The position numbers and the translations under genes are program-made. From Mobula hypostoma (taxonomy: Eukaryota): a stretch of DNA of 64,000 nucleotides. Positions 36,661 to 48,614 of the stretch are shown here, piece after piece. Position 1 is the stretch's first letter, and each line of letters opens with the position of its first letter. The stretch is from assembly GCF_963921235.1 (NCBI RefSeq), contig NC_086097.1:185072001-185136000 (forward strand), in the 5' to 3' direction. The notes below the pieces were generated by a model that did not search any database, was not told the origin of the DNA, and saw nothing but the letters and a program-made list of their open reading frames with translations.

Positions 36661-37734
36661 GTGTTTGTTGACATAATGAATGTCATGACGTAGTTGTGAA
36701 ATTCTTTAGGAAGAACATTGCCAAGGCAGTGTCCTGTTTCTTGATTTACATTCGGAATATTGTCAATGCAACATTAGCATTACATCTTAAACTAGGCATT
36801 AGGGAGATATATGTTCGGAGTTTACCACATCCCTGAAAACAAGCAAGAAGTTCTGCATCAGATGAATAAAGAATGATAATAGAAAAGCAGCTGCAAGAAT
36901 ATTTACATCATGCAGTGGGAAAGGCAGCAGATAGTCCTGATGGTTGACTGCGAGCAGCTCGAGAACTAAATGATTTGGCGGTGACTGAGTATTAATCCTC
37001 AGAAATAAATACTATCGTCTCGAGAGAGAACAGCAGATTATCTCTCCACAAGACAACCAGCACTTTGCCAGGTCATCACATGGTTTGCAGCCTGATGGAA
37101 GCAGCATCGGATTGCTGCTGCCATGGCTTTGTAACTTGATCCTTTAGTTAACTCTAGAGTTATCATGGCAACAAGCTGTGCCTGACTGCCTTCTGTCTGT
37201 ACGTGATTGCCACCAGCGTGGGCCTAGCCAGCAGCAAGCAATGCTAACCTGGCACTAAGCCTAACTCTGATAATAGTCTAATCATCCACTGAGACTTTAT
37301 ATGGTTTACACCATGCTGCCATGAAGCTTCTCCTCCATCAACTACTCTGCTGTGAATGGAACATGCTTGTTGTTATGGGAAGCTCACTGGTAAGGATGGG
37401 CTTGATTCTCACTGCATCAAAAATAATATATTTTTTAAATGTAATGAGAAGTTGTAATTAAATTGATTCAGAAAGATTATTTGTGAAGGTGGAGATGGTT
37501 TGCAAATTAAAACCTTCTATGATGATAATTAAGGGAGAAGTTTGGAAGTTTGGAGAAATACCTTTATCTGGAAGGTGGATTTCATTGTTATAAGAAATTA
37601 TTAAGGATATGATAGACACATCTTTAAAATAAAAGCTCAATAAATATTTCAAGCAGGTAATGCACCAGGAGAATAATGCTGTCAGATTTGATTCAAATTG
37701 CTGTATGGAGTCATTATGGACTGAAAAGCCATCT

Positions 37735-37986
37735 TTACTACATCACATTCTCGATATTTATTGCTATTTATTTATTTATTTATTTATTATTATTATTGTT
37801 TCTTCTTTTTCTACTTGCAGTTTGTTGTCTTCTGCACTCTGGTTGAAAACCCTCGTTGGGCAGACACTCACTAATTCTGTTATAGTTATTATTCTATAGA
37901 TTTGTTGTCCACAAGAAAATGAATTGTAGGGTTATATATGGTGACATATGTGTACTTTGATAATAAACTTTACTTTGAACTTTGAA
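37735..37986 (+). mobile_element. Rex1-type 3' UTR fragment
   Basis: Similar to 23610-23850; ends gataataaactttactttgaactttga. Confidence 0.7.
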
Positions 37987-39286
37987 GGTTCCATGAACTT
38001 GAGAGATACGATATGTTGTGTATTTTCTGATTGTCACTTTCTAATTCCCCTTTATTGAAATGAAATGTGTCTTAGCATAGTTTTAAGATAATAGCATTAC
38101 AAATTTCCATTGGCTTTAAAAGTTCTGTTGAACTTCACTTAATAACTAGCTGTAACCTATTAACACAATCACTTCTCATCAATTTTTTTTACCCCTGTTG
38201 TAAGCAAGGAGTTTCAAATGATTGCTGGATGAAGTTAAGTGCAAGTTTAATTATTTGGTTTCTTGCAGGTAAAGGATTACCCCAAACCCTGCACTCTGCA
38301 ACTTAATCTATTTCTGGTAATCTGGTGATACATACATTGGATGAGTAAATATACATCTCCTCAGAGATCAATTTTGTAATATGTATAATTTCTTCTCCAT
38401 GGTTACAATGGAAATGGGAGCCTGTTCCAGTTTCCTAAATATTTATGACATTAAAAAAATACAGAATCAATTTGCAGATGCTATTTTGTAGGAACTGCAT
38501 GTGTTTAAAGAACTAAAATGCTGAAGAATTCAAAGGATTAATGGCTTTCTTTAAGATAACACTTGGAAATGTAACACCATCTCTCTGTATCATTCACATA
38601 CTCCTGCTGGGTGCATTTCTGCACATATAAAAATGTTGCTCCTCACCCGCTTTCTGTCTTCTGAAATTGCTGATAATTTGATCATTTTTGTATGGAAATG
38701 TTACTTCTAAAAATAGATAGGAAATCTGTTTTAAATATAAACTCAAGATGGTAATAGTTTTCTTTGCAGTCATCACAGCATTATGGTACATTGCCAACAA
38801 CTGGTTTTCATTTGTTTAAGATCTATAAAACCTTTATGTATAATTCTGTGAAACAACCTACAGTCGATGTAGTTTCTGCTGGGGTAGCACAGGAGCCAGG
38901 ATGTTAAGTTGATATTTTATTATCAACATCCACTTTGATATTCTCTGTTATCCATTCCTGCTAATTGCACATTAAACCCTTAAAGCAACTGTTAAGGATA
39001 GTAAAAGGGCAGGGAAATGAGCGAGAATTCTCCCTGTGTGCTGTAAATTAAACTTTTTTCAAAGGATGAGATTTTGATTTGATCATATATCAGGAAATCT
39101 TCCCCATGCTCTTCATTACCATAATAATTACAGAAGAAATGTTTGGAGTTCATTAACTTTTTAAAGCATCAGCTCTCTGATGTGGTCTATTTTTTGTTTG
39201 GAGCATTTTGTTTTGGAAATTTAAGTATTAGTGGTATGGATTGGTAAAAATCAAATCCCTTCTGGTTTGTTAAAGCTCATCAGAAG

Positions 39287-39290
<4 letters not shown>

Positions 39291-39380
<90 letters not shown>

Positions 39381-39408
39381 GTGTGTGTGTCTGTCTGTCT
39401 GTCTGTGT
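39291..39408. repeat. Compound microsatellite (GA)n(GT)n(CTGT)n
   Basis: Directly visible. Confidence 0.98.
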
Positions 39409-40339
39409 AGGGATGTGGAGTTAGGCAAGCAGATGAAGGAGAAACTCACATCAAAAGAGTGGACAATTAAAACAGATTTAATATTATTCATGAGCAGAGG
39501 CTGTATATTGTCCCAAAAGGAGGAAGAGAAAGTTGGAGAAAAATTGTTACCACTGTTGGTCACACGTTGGAGCTGGAGGCCTGCCCTGACATTAGAAGAC
39601 TGTCAATGTGTGTGGATGGGCAGGAGGAACGTGGCTTGTTTTTAGTTGCTTGCTGTGTTCTGTGTTGTTCTGACAAACATTTTGGGCACGCTACGTTGGC
39701 GACATTTGTGGGCTATTGTTAACACTAGCAATGCATTTCACTGTATGTTTTGATGTACACTTGACAAATAAACTTAAATCTTCAATCTTGAATCTTGTTA
39801 TTTATCAGTCCATCAAAAGTTTGGGCATAAGATTTACCATCTTACTTTTCATCTAGGGAAAACACCAAGACTTACCAGAGTGGAAAGCATTCTTAACATT
39901 TACAAGTCATCATTAAGCATAAATATTCTTCCCTGTCATGACTGCAAAACTGTAAAATAGTTGCAAAAAGCTCACACAAAAACATTTTTGTTTTGTTTCC
40001 TTTTTAATTGGAAGCTCCTGCTGTGGTAGGAAATGCAACCCACTCTCAGTTCCTAAAAAAATAGATGATCACCTCCAGCTCCTGATATACATTTCAATTA
40101 CAACATGATAGGCAGGCTGTGACTGAGCAGTACAAAGGTACAAAATGATTGCTATAAGCTTAGTCCAGGATGCTCTTCCATTTAATACAAGTAATAATGG
40201 AGCTTGTTTTTTCTCCAGATTTACTTATTTAGTCATTACTTCCAATTTAACAAAAAGTCACTCTGTAAGACGCTCAGAGGAAGTCAAGCTACTGCAGTGA
40301 ACTGTCTAGTTTGCCCTGGTTTGAATTAAATTTTGTTGT

Positions 40340-41210
40340 ACATTGGACAGAAAATTGGCTGATTAGCAAGAGGCACTGAGAGGGAATAAAAGGAACCTTT
40401 TCTAGTTGGCTACCAGTGACTAGTGGTGTTCCACAGAGGTCGGTTTTGGATTCAATACTTTTCACGCTATATGTTAACAATCTAGATAACTGAATTAATG
40501 GCTTTGTGGGCAAGTTTGTAGATGATGCCATGATAGGTGCAGGGACAGGTAGCATTGAGGAAGTATGATGTCTGCAGAAGGACTTGAACAGAACAGGGCA
40601 ATGGGCAAACGGTGCAGGGAAATGCAAGGTTATGCACTTCAGTAGATGGAGTAAAGACAGACAATTTACTAACTGGCGACTCAATTCAGAAATCAAAGGT
40701 GCAAAGGGACTTGGAAGTCTTAGTGCAGAATTCCTTCAAGGTTAATTTGCAAATTGAGTCAGTAGTAAGGAAAGCAAATGCAATGTTAGCATTTATTTTG
40801 AGAGCATTAGAATATAAAAGCAAGAATGTAATGCTAAGACTCTATCATGTTTTGGTCAGATCACATTTAAAGTAATGTAAGCAGTTTTGTGCCCCATCTC
40901 TAAGAAAGAAATATTGTGGAGGGTTCAGAGAAGGATTATGAGAATAATCCCGGGAATGAGAGGGTTAACATTTGAGGAGTGGTTGATGGCTCCGAAGCTG
41001 TGCTTGCTGGACTTTAGAAGAATGGGGTGGGAGGGTGAATCTTATTGAAATTTCCTGAATATTGAAAGGCCTAGATAGAGTGGACATAGAGAGAATATTT
41101 TCAATATTGGAAGAGCCTAGGACCAGAGGGTACAACCTTTAGAACAGAGATGAGGAGAATTTCTTTAGCCAGAAGGTGGTGAATCTGTGGAATTCATTGC
41201 CACAGCTGGT
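40340..41210 (+). mobile_element. CR1 RT fragment
   Basis: WLPVTSGVPQ, KVQRDLEVLV, KANAMLAFILR, VVNLWNSLP. Confidence 0.88.
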
Positions 41211-42232
41211 GGGCTTGCCACCCTGCTCAAAGAACATTTTAGGTGCAATCCACTGTCTGTCAACAATTTTTCATGTTTTGAGCTACATATGCTTAAATTT
41301 ATGGTATGAATCCTGTCCTCTGCATTATCATTTATTGCCTCCTCTATCCAATGCCTGCTCTCTCCTGGAGTTCTCAGAATCCTTATTCTCTTTTATATTG
41401 AACTGTAGCCTCTGCAGTAACATAAAAGTCGAAACCCCCTTACACTACTACAAATGTGAACTCTATGTCAGCTGAATTCATGAACTTGCTGGACAGCCTA
41501 GATCTTTCTCAGTTTGTCACTGAGTCCACCCATTGACTCGGAAATACCCTGGACTTCTTAATGACAAAAGGATTAAATATCTCTTCATCTAACACCACTA
41601 TCTCTGATCATTTTTGTGTACTTTTTGATGCCCTCCTGCCTGTAACCAAGACCATGAGAGAAATTACTGTTATAAAACAGTTTCTTGATACTTCAACACA
41701 CCTTAAATTCTCTGAACTGGCTAGTTTATCTAACCCATATGACCTAAACTGATCAGTAAGAGAAATGATTTATTCTTTCAACAATAAGTTGACAAATATA
41801 TTAACCACAGTGGCCCCACTTAGGGTTAACAAGAATCAGTTAGTAACACGTCACCATGATTAACAATTCTGTCCATGAGCTCAAGAGATCATGCAGAGTA
41901 GCTGTGAGAAAATGAAGGAAAACTGAACTAGAAGTCCACCATAATATTTTCAAGGAAAAACTAGCCTTCCTTAATGCTGCCTATATGCTCTGCAAGAAGG
42001 GTACATTTTCCCAAGAATATTACAGAGAACTGTGCTATTTCAAGAATATTGTTCCAACTATAAACTAACTATTGAATTCTGTCCCAACCTATGATGTCCT
42101 CAGTCAAGCATCAGCCAAAAAATGTGAGGAATTCGCAATTTTTTAAAATCAAAAACATTATTTCCATTAGGGAGAGTATAGCTACAGATAAATGTAATCT
42201 CCACAGTCAACCTCATAAAAAGATGGCAACCA

Positions 42233-42940
42233 TGTGGAGGATCAGAGGGAACTTGGGGTCCTACTCCATAGGACATTCAAAGCTGCTGGACAGGTTGACT
42301 CTGTGGTTAAGGCATACGGTGCATTGGCCTTCATCAATTGTGGGATTGTGCTTAAGAGCCGAGAGGTAATCTTACAGCTCTATAGGACCCTGGTCAGACC
42401 CCACTTTGAGTACTGTGCTCAGTTCTGGTCGCCTCACTATAGGATGGATGTGGAAACCATAGAAAGGGTGTAGAGGAGATTTACAAGGATGTTACCTGGA
42501 TTGGGGAGCATGCCTTATGAGAAAAGGTTGAATGAAGTCGGCCTTTTCTCCTTGGAACGATGGAGGATGAGAGGTGACCTGATAGAGGTGTACAAGATGA
42601 TGAGAGGCATTGATCAAGTGGATAATCAGAGGCTTTTTCCCAGGACTGAAATGGCTAGCAAGAGAGGGCACATTTTTAAGGTGCTTGGAAGTAGGTACAG
42701 AGGAGATGTCGGGGTAAGTTTTTTTTACGCAGAGAGTGGTGAGTGCATGGAATGGGCTCCCAGCGGCAGTGGTGGAGGTGGATATGATAGGGTCTTTTCA
42801 GAGACTCCTGGCTAGGTACATGGAGCTTAAAAAAATAGAGGGCTATTGGTAACCCTAGGTAATTTCTAAGGTGAGAACATGTTCGGCATAGCTTTGTGGG
42901 CCAAAGGGCCTGTACCGAGCCACAGGTTTTCTATGTTTCT
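42233..42940 (+). mobile_element. CR1 3' portion inserted in L2
   Basis: EDQRELGV...[21 protein letters not shown]...RGDLIEVYKMMRG; tail ttctatgtttcta. Confidence 0.92.
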
Positions 42941-43480
42941 ACGTCAAAATTTTCAAGTATTTCCAATTCAGATCGCTATAAGATTGTAACAAAGGGTAAA
43001 CTGTCTACTTGCTGTCTTGACCCTGTCCCTGTCCCTACCACATTTTTTAAGGACTCTTTTAATAGTAGTTTCAATTCTGTGCAGAAAATTATTAATACAT
43101 CCCTTGAAACTGGAGTTTTTCCAGATGCCTTCAAAATTGCAGATGTCAAACCCTGACTTAAAAAACTAAACCTTACTAGCTAACTACAGGCCTGTATCAA
43201 ATCTTCCCTTCCTGGGCAAGATTCTTGAGAAAGTCATTTTCCACCAACTCAAAATCTTTCTGAATGTGAACAATATTCTAGAAATGTTTCATCCAGGTTT
43301 TAGAGAAAACCACATGACAGAGATGGTCCTTACCATAATTGTCACTGACATTAGGCTGAGCATTCATGCCAATAGGGTCTCAGTGCTAATTCTCCTAGAT
43401 CTAAGTACTGCCTTCAACATAATTGATCACCTTGAGAATTGTGTTAACCTCTCTGGTAATGCCCTTAATTTGTTTTGGTC

Positions 43481-43605
43481 ACAAACAAGAGAAAATCGGC
43501 AGATGCTGGAAATCCAAGCAACACACACAAAATGCTGGAGGAACTCAGCAGGCCAGGGATCAACTATGGAAAAAAGTAGAGTCAAAGTTTTGAGCCAAGA
43601 TCTTT
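43481..43605 (-). mobile_element. Penelope tail, decayed
   Basis: caagagaaaatcggcagatgctggaaatccaagcaacacacacaaaatgctggaggaactcagcaggcc. Confidence 0.75.
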
Positions 43606-43914
43606 TGCTGTTGCTCAGGGAAGCTGTCTTGGTCTTCTACTCTTCCCCTGTTACACGCTCCTTTTAGCAGACACCATTAGAAAGTGTAAACTTGATATCC
43701 ACAGTTATGCAATTGTACATCTTGGTTGAACCTGATGATGATAATACCCTATCTTCTCTGATTCTGGTATGGCTGCAATAAACAGATGGATCAGCAATAT
43801 TTTTTTTATTGTGTTTTTATTTTTTCTCAGCTCAATCTGGTAAAACCTGAGTTACGGGCCTAGGCAAACACATTCATTTCTCAATTGCTAGGACCTTTTC
43901 GACTATTCTAGTAT

Positions 43915-44343
43915 CACACATCAAAGTTGCTGGTGAACGCAACAGGCCAGGCAGCATCTCTAGGAAGAGGTACAGTCGAGGTTTCGGGCCGAGACCCTTT
44001 GTTAGGACTAACTGAAGGAAAAGCTAGTAAGAGATTTGAAAGTGGGAGGGGGAGGGGGAGATCCAAAATGATAGGAGAAGACAGGAGGGGGAGGGATGGA
44101 GCCAAGAGCTGGACAGGTGATTGGCAAAAGGGATATGAGAGGATCATGGGACAGGAGGCCCAGGGAGAAGGAAAAGGGGAAGGGGGTGGGGAAACCCAGA
44201 GGATGGGCAAGGGGTATAGTCAGAGGGACAGAGGGAGGAAAAGGAGAGAGAGAGAGAAAGAATGTGTGTATATAAATAAATAACAGATGGGGTACGAGGG
44301 GGAGGTGGGGCATTAGCGGAAGTTAGAGAAGTCAATGTTCATG
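43915..44343 (-). mobile_element. Penelope 3' UTR/pLTR copy with mutated hammerhead
   Basis: Closely similar to 6475-6877; 9-bp TSD TTCTAGTAT (43906-43914, 44344-44352); core reads CUAACAA...GAAAC-CUC. Confidence 0.9.
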
Positions 44344-44502
44344 TTCTAGTATAGTGGCTTTCTGAAGATTTACATAAATCTCCAAGGTTGATAGCTTCTT
44401 GATTAGGAAGAGTGTCAAATGTTGTGGAGAGAAGGCAGGAGAATGAGGTTGAGGAGAAAAATAAATTAGTTATGATTGAATCCCAAAGCAGGCTTGATTG
44501 GG

Positions 44503-45075
44503 AAAATGTTTACCTTGTTCAAGTTCCATCATCTTTCAATTTCCTCTTTTAATTCAGCATATTTCTGGTGTTTTATGCCTATTGGTGTCTGTATGTTAAG
44601 TGTGTTTGGAATGGCTATATTTATTAAGTAAGTTGTTCTTGCTTGTTTATCCTGTAAAGTTATGTCCAGACAGTTATTACGGATTGTACTATCTGTAATA
44701 ATGGCTCAGTCATAATATAATTTATAGGACTCTTAACTCTAAAACTGGATCAGGCTTGTATTTATAGTCAAGTATAGTGTCTTTTATGAGTTTGTATTTC
44801 AAAGCAATATTTTGGTGAATAGTACTTGCCACTTGATTGTGCCTGTGTAAGTAATCAGATTGTGATAAACTGTGCAGGTTCCTGGTATGTGTTTGATTAT
44901 TTCTGGTTTCCCTTGGCATTTTCTGCATTTATCATCTTGAATTTGTTGGTTTTTTATTATATATCTTTGATAATTTTTGTGTTAACTGCCTGGTCCTGCA
45001 CTGCCACAAGGAACCCCTCTGTTTCTGGGAAAAGGTCTCCAATTCTTCCTTGTTGACATCCAAACTGCTCAGATC
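44503..45075 (-). mobile_element. R4/Dong-clade LINE fragment (zinc knuckle + RLE)
   Basis: Minus peptides LFPETEGFLVAVQDQ, DKCRKC, YLHRHNQVASTIHQ, DKQARTTYLINIAIP, KYAELK; same family as 19731-20150. Confidence 0.85.
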
Positions 45076-45626
45076 CTGGTATATTCAAAGCCGAGGTTGA
45101 TAGATTCTTGATTAGGACGAGTGTCAAAGGGTACGGAGAGAAGACAGGAGAATAAGGTTGCGAAGGAAAATAAATTAATTATGATTGAATCCCGAAGCAG
45201 ACTTGATAGGCTGAGTGGTCATATGGTCTTATGGGTAAAACAGCATCCTGCAACCTCTATTAGAGATGGAAGTATAAAGCCTGCTTGCAACAACTTGAAA
45301 TTATTAATACTAATAAGCAGAGTGCATAAAGAAAGATGAATAGATTTTTAAAAAGCTTTTGATAAGTTTTAGAAAGGAGTTTATTACTCAGAACAAGCCC
45401 TCTTAGAACAGATTAATACATTATTATAGATTGAGAATTGACTCAGTTCAAAATCAGAGTATAAATAAATTGATCATTTTTTTTCTTGGAAGGCAGCAAT
45501 GAGTGAGGTATCACACCAATAAATGTTCAGACATTAACTTTTACTATCTGTAACAAATTTGACTGGGAAACCCAGTGTAACGAATCTACATTTGCAGTCA
45601 ATAAAGGAGATTTTCAACTTACATAG

Positions 45627-48330
45627 CACTGATTCTTGAGAATTTGGATAAAACAGGTTTTAATTTCGAAAAGAAAAATTTAAATGTTAAGAAATCTAAA
45701 CATATGTTTATAGAACAAGGTGTCAACAATGATGCAATATTTTGGTGCAACCTCCTGATTTGTAATTTTTTCATAAAGTGTGTTTTTCCTGTCATTACTT
45801 AGTTTTTGTCAACACAGACATAATAAAAAGCTAATTATTCCTATTTATTTGGTCTTATATAGATTTAGAGCTTTTAAATCATTGTGTCTATACCATAGAT
45901 ACACACGTATGCTGTTAAATGTTGAATATTCACTTTTGTTCTTTTTTTGTACTATTTCATGTGTACTTTTTAAAACTCTTACATCATGCAACTTTTATCA
46001 TTAGCATTAAATATACAAAATAACAATTTTGGACATAAAAACACATTTTTAATTTTAAAGAGACGATTACTTTAATAAGTCAACTGCTTTGGAGGAACAG
46101 ATTGTAGGCATATTAATTTAAAACAAAGAAAGTTCCATCTGACGGTGGTGGCAGTGGCCTCGTTACAACAAACAATTCCAACCTTTTCACCACTCAATTC
46201 GATGCTTCCTTGCTTAACAACTTTATTTAACAATTTGTCATGTACATTTTATCCTTCTGTAAATATTAACAACAGTAAACAGCAAAATAAAAACTACAGT
46301 ACAACTTCAATGTTTAAGAATAAACATGAGAAAACACACCAGGAACTAAAAAAAAACATCCATTTCTGGGCTTGAAAATCTTCGAAAATGTTCAGTCAGT
46401 TTTATCAGGAAGTAGACGATTAATATGCTCCTCCTCTATGAAATCCATGACTTCAGCAGACAGGTGGCAGATCTCCCTCGTCCTGCTTGCATGACCTGGT
46501 GATGATGGCTCCGTCAGTTTGACCAGAATATCTTCAACTGGTACAAAGCACATATCCTTTCCACCTGGTTTTGGATGGAAGCGCGTGTTGGGCCCATGAG
46601 GGTGGAAAAACTCCACTTGAACATCTTGTTGATGAGCATCCACATTGACAGCCTTTGTTAACCACCAATTTTGGTCATAAATGACTGCAAGCCAGTCTCC
46701 ACAATTAATGACACCAGCAGATATATCTGTCGTATTTCTAGTTTGCTCTCATTGCCAACGCTTTTTCAGTTTATTCCTATCTTTTATTACCTCTTGAAGT
46801 TTATTTTTCAAGGCTGTCATCTCTCTCAAGTATCTTGCTCTTGTTTTCTTTCTTTCCCTTTCCCCTGCTATGGACTGCCTACTGCGAGCTGGCTCCTGTA
46901 TAGTCTGATCCAATAGACTATCTGGGGAGTTTCTGGGCGTTCTGGGCCCTTTCTCTTATGCTCTCTTGACTCTTGCTGTCTACATTTCCGGGCCTTTCTC
47001 TTACTCCTCTTTTCCCTTTCATTCAAATCACTGATAGTTTTTATCTTCCCATCCTCTACTCTCTTCTTCCATCTTTGCTTTTTCTTTTTCAGGTATTCCT
47101 CCTTTAACTCTGGCTCACTATATATTTTCTCTCTCAGCTTCTTTTGGTATTCCCTGTTTCTTCTCTTTCGCTCCTCCACTGATAGCTGCTGCCTAGCCAT
47201 AACTTCCTAAAATACATAAAAGGAAGGTCAGAATTTAATGGAATTACTATGAAATTGTGCAAAATTACTATGAATTTAATTACGTTTAATTTGGTGAAAT
47301 TTTATAAAATGATTATGAAATGGTGCAACTAAATTCATTTATGGTTTTAGTCACTGGGGATACATATAGTAAGGAAATATTGTAGGCCTAGGTGTGGAAG
47401 AAATAAAGGGGAAATTATGTATACTATAAATAAAGAGGTTAATGAAACATTACAAGGCATATTACTATTTATTGTGATCGTAAATTATATTCAAGCCTCC
47501 ACTGAGGATGATTTGGAAGTTTTTGTCAACACCTTCAAACCATGTGTCACCACCATCAGACAGAAAACCTGCTGGCATTGACGTCCGATGGTAGTGACAA
47601 AAACACACTTCTTTACATGACATGCATGAGTTGTATACAGGAGCCATCTTGTGTTCCCTCGGTTGCTAGCTGCCTCTGGCCTCTACTTAAAATGCATAAA
47701 TTTATGTCATAATTTAAAATAATTCTTTCTATACAAAAGAGTGCTGACACATCATGGTTGCAACAGTAGCAACATCAATAAATATGTAAAAATTATTGAA
47801 AAAATAGCAAACTTACAGGAGCTTGTTTGACCTTGTTGCATTTGGCAGATGTGGAGGGTGGAAAGGGGGTCCTCAGGAATATAGTTGACCATGTGGTTGC
47901 CTGATTTCATTGCTCTTTTATAAATATCCGACGGTGCTGACAAAAACTTGGGACACATTTTGAGCAACAACAATATTTTGAGTAAATATTATTGAAAGTT
48001 CACCGCTTTTAGTTTTAAAGAGGTATTTCACTCTACTCTTTCTTTCATCTACCATATATTATACATTTTAAATGATTTTTTTCACACTTTTTTATCAAAT
48101 TCAAATGATAATCTCTTGTCTGAGGACAACTGATTTTGTGGGTACTGAGCTATCATATAATCATATAATTTATAAAATTAAAAACAAACGTGAAAAAATG
48201 TTGCATTTGTGCAAAAGACCCTCAGATGATCAACCTTGATTATGTTAAATAAGAAAATGTTATTCATTTTCAACAGAATTAGCACTTTTCTTAGTGGGAT
48301 ATGTTTTTGCCGAAGTCTCAAGAATCAGTG
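45627..48330 (-). mobile_element. Non-autonomous DNA transposon, 2704 bp, CAC...GTG ends, 4-bp TSD
   Basis: 29-bp TIRs matching 25/29 (45627-45655 CACTGATTCTTGAGAATTTGGATAAAACA; 48302-48330); TSD ATAG at 45623-45626 and 48331-48334. Confidence 0.9.
46392..47200 (-). pseudogene. Transposon ORF remnant (~270 codons; one frameshift, one stop), apparently transposase N- and C-termini without a catalytic core
   Basis: MARQQLSVEERKRRNREYQ...KTISDLNEREKR...PETP/DSLL...SRQSIAG...LKKRWQ*EQ...GDWLAVIYDQNWW...VEFFHPHGP...DMCFVPVEDIL; splice acceptor ttttag 6 nt before the ATG. Confidence 0.65.
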
Positions 48331-48483
48331 ATAGAACCTATCCTGCCTCTCTGATGGTGTCTCAAGATGTTTAACAGTTAAATAAGAATACTTTAAATCA
48401 CAGGACATTAATTTTAGATTGACTGAGTAGACAAAAAATGGAAATTCATAGACTCATGGAGTCATAGGGAAGAACAGTACAGA

Positions 48484-48612
48484 AGCAACACACACAAAAA
48501 ATGCTGGTGAACGCAGCAGGCCAGGCAGCATCTATAGGAAGAGGTACAGTCGACGTTTTGGGCTGAGAACCTTTGTCAGGGCTAACTGAAAGGAGAGATA
48601 GTTAAAGATTTG
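48484..48612 (-). mobile_element. Penelope tail with mutated hammerhead
   Basis: acagtcgacgttttgggctgagaacctttgtcagggctaactg (core CUGACAA / AAAA). Confidence 0.8.
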
Positions 48613-48614
48613 CT

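Larger units (their letters stand above)
41340..43790 (+). mobile_element. L2 LINE ORF2 remnant (EN to RT), interrupted by CR1 and a Penelope tail
   Basis: STH..GNTLD, ISDHFCV, STCCLDPVP, IINTSLETGVFPDAFK, NYRPVSNLPFLGKILEK, VLILLDLSTAF. Confidence 0.85.

Noticed and set aside
38250..38275. Recursive splice site ttcttgcag|gtaaag
   Set aside because: Donor is suboptimal and such motifs are expected by chance in 64 kb
39270..39645. VC/HT-repeat ORFs
   Set aside because: Microsatellite translation artefacts
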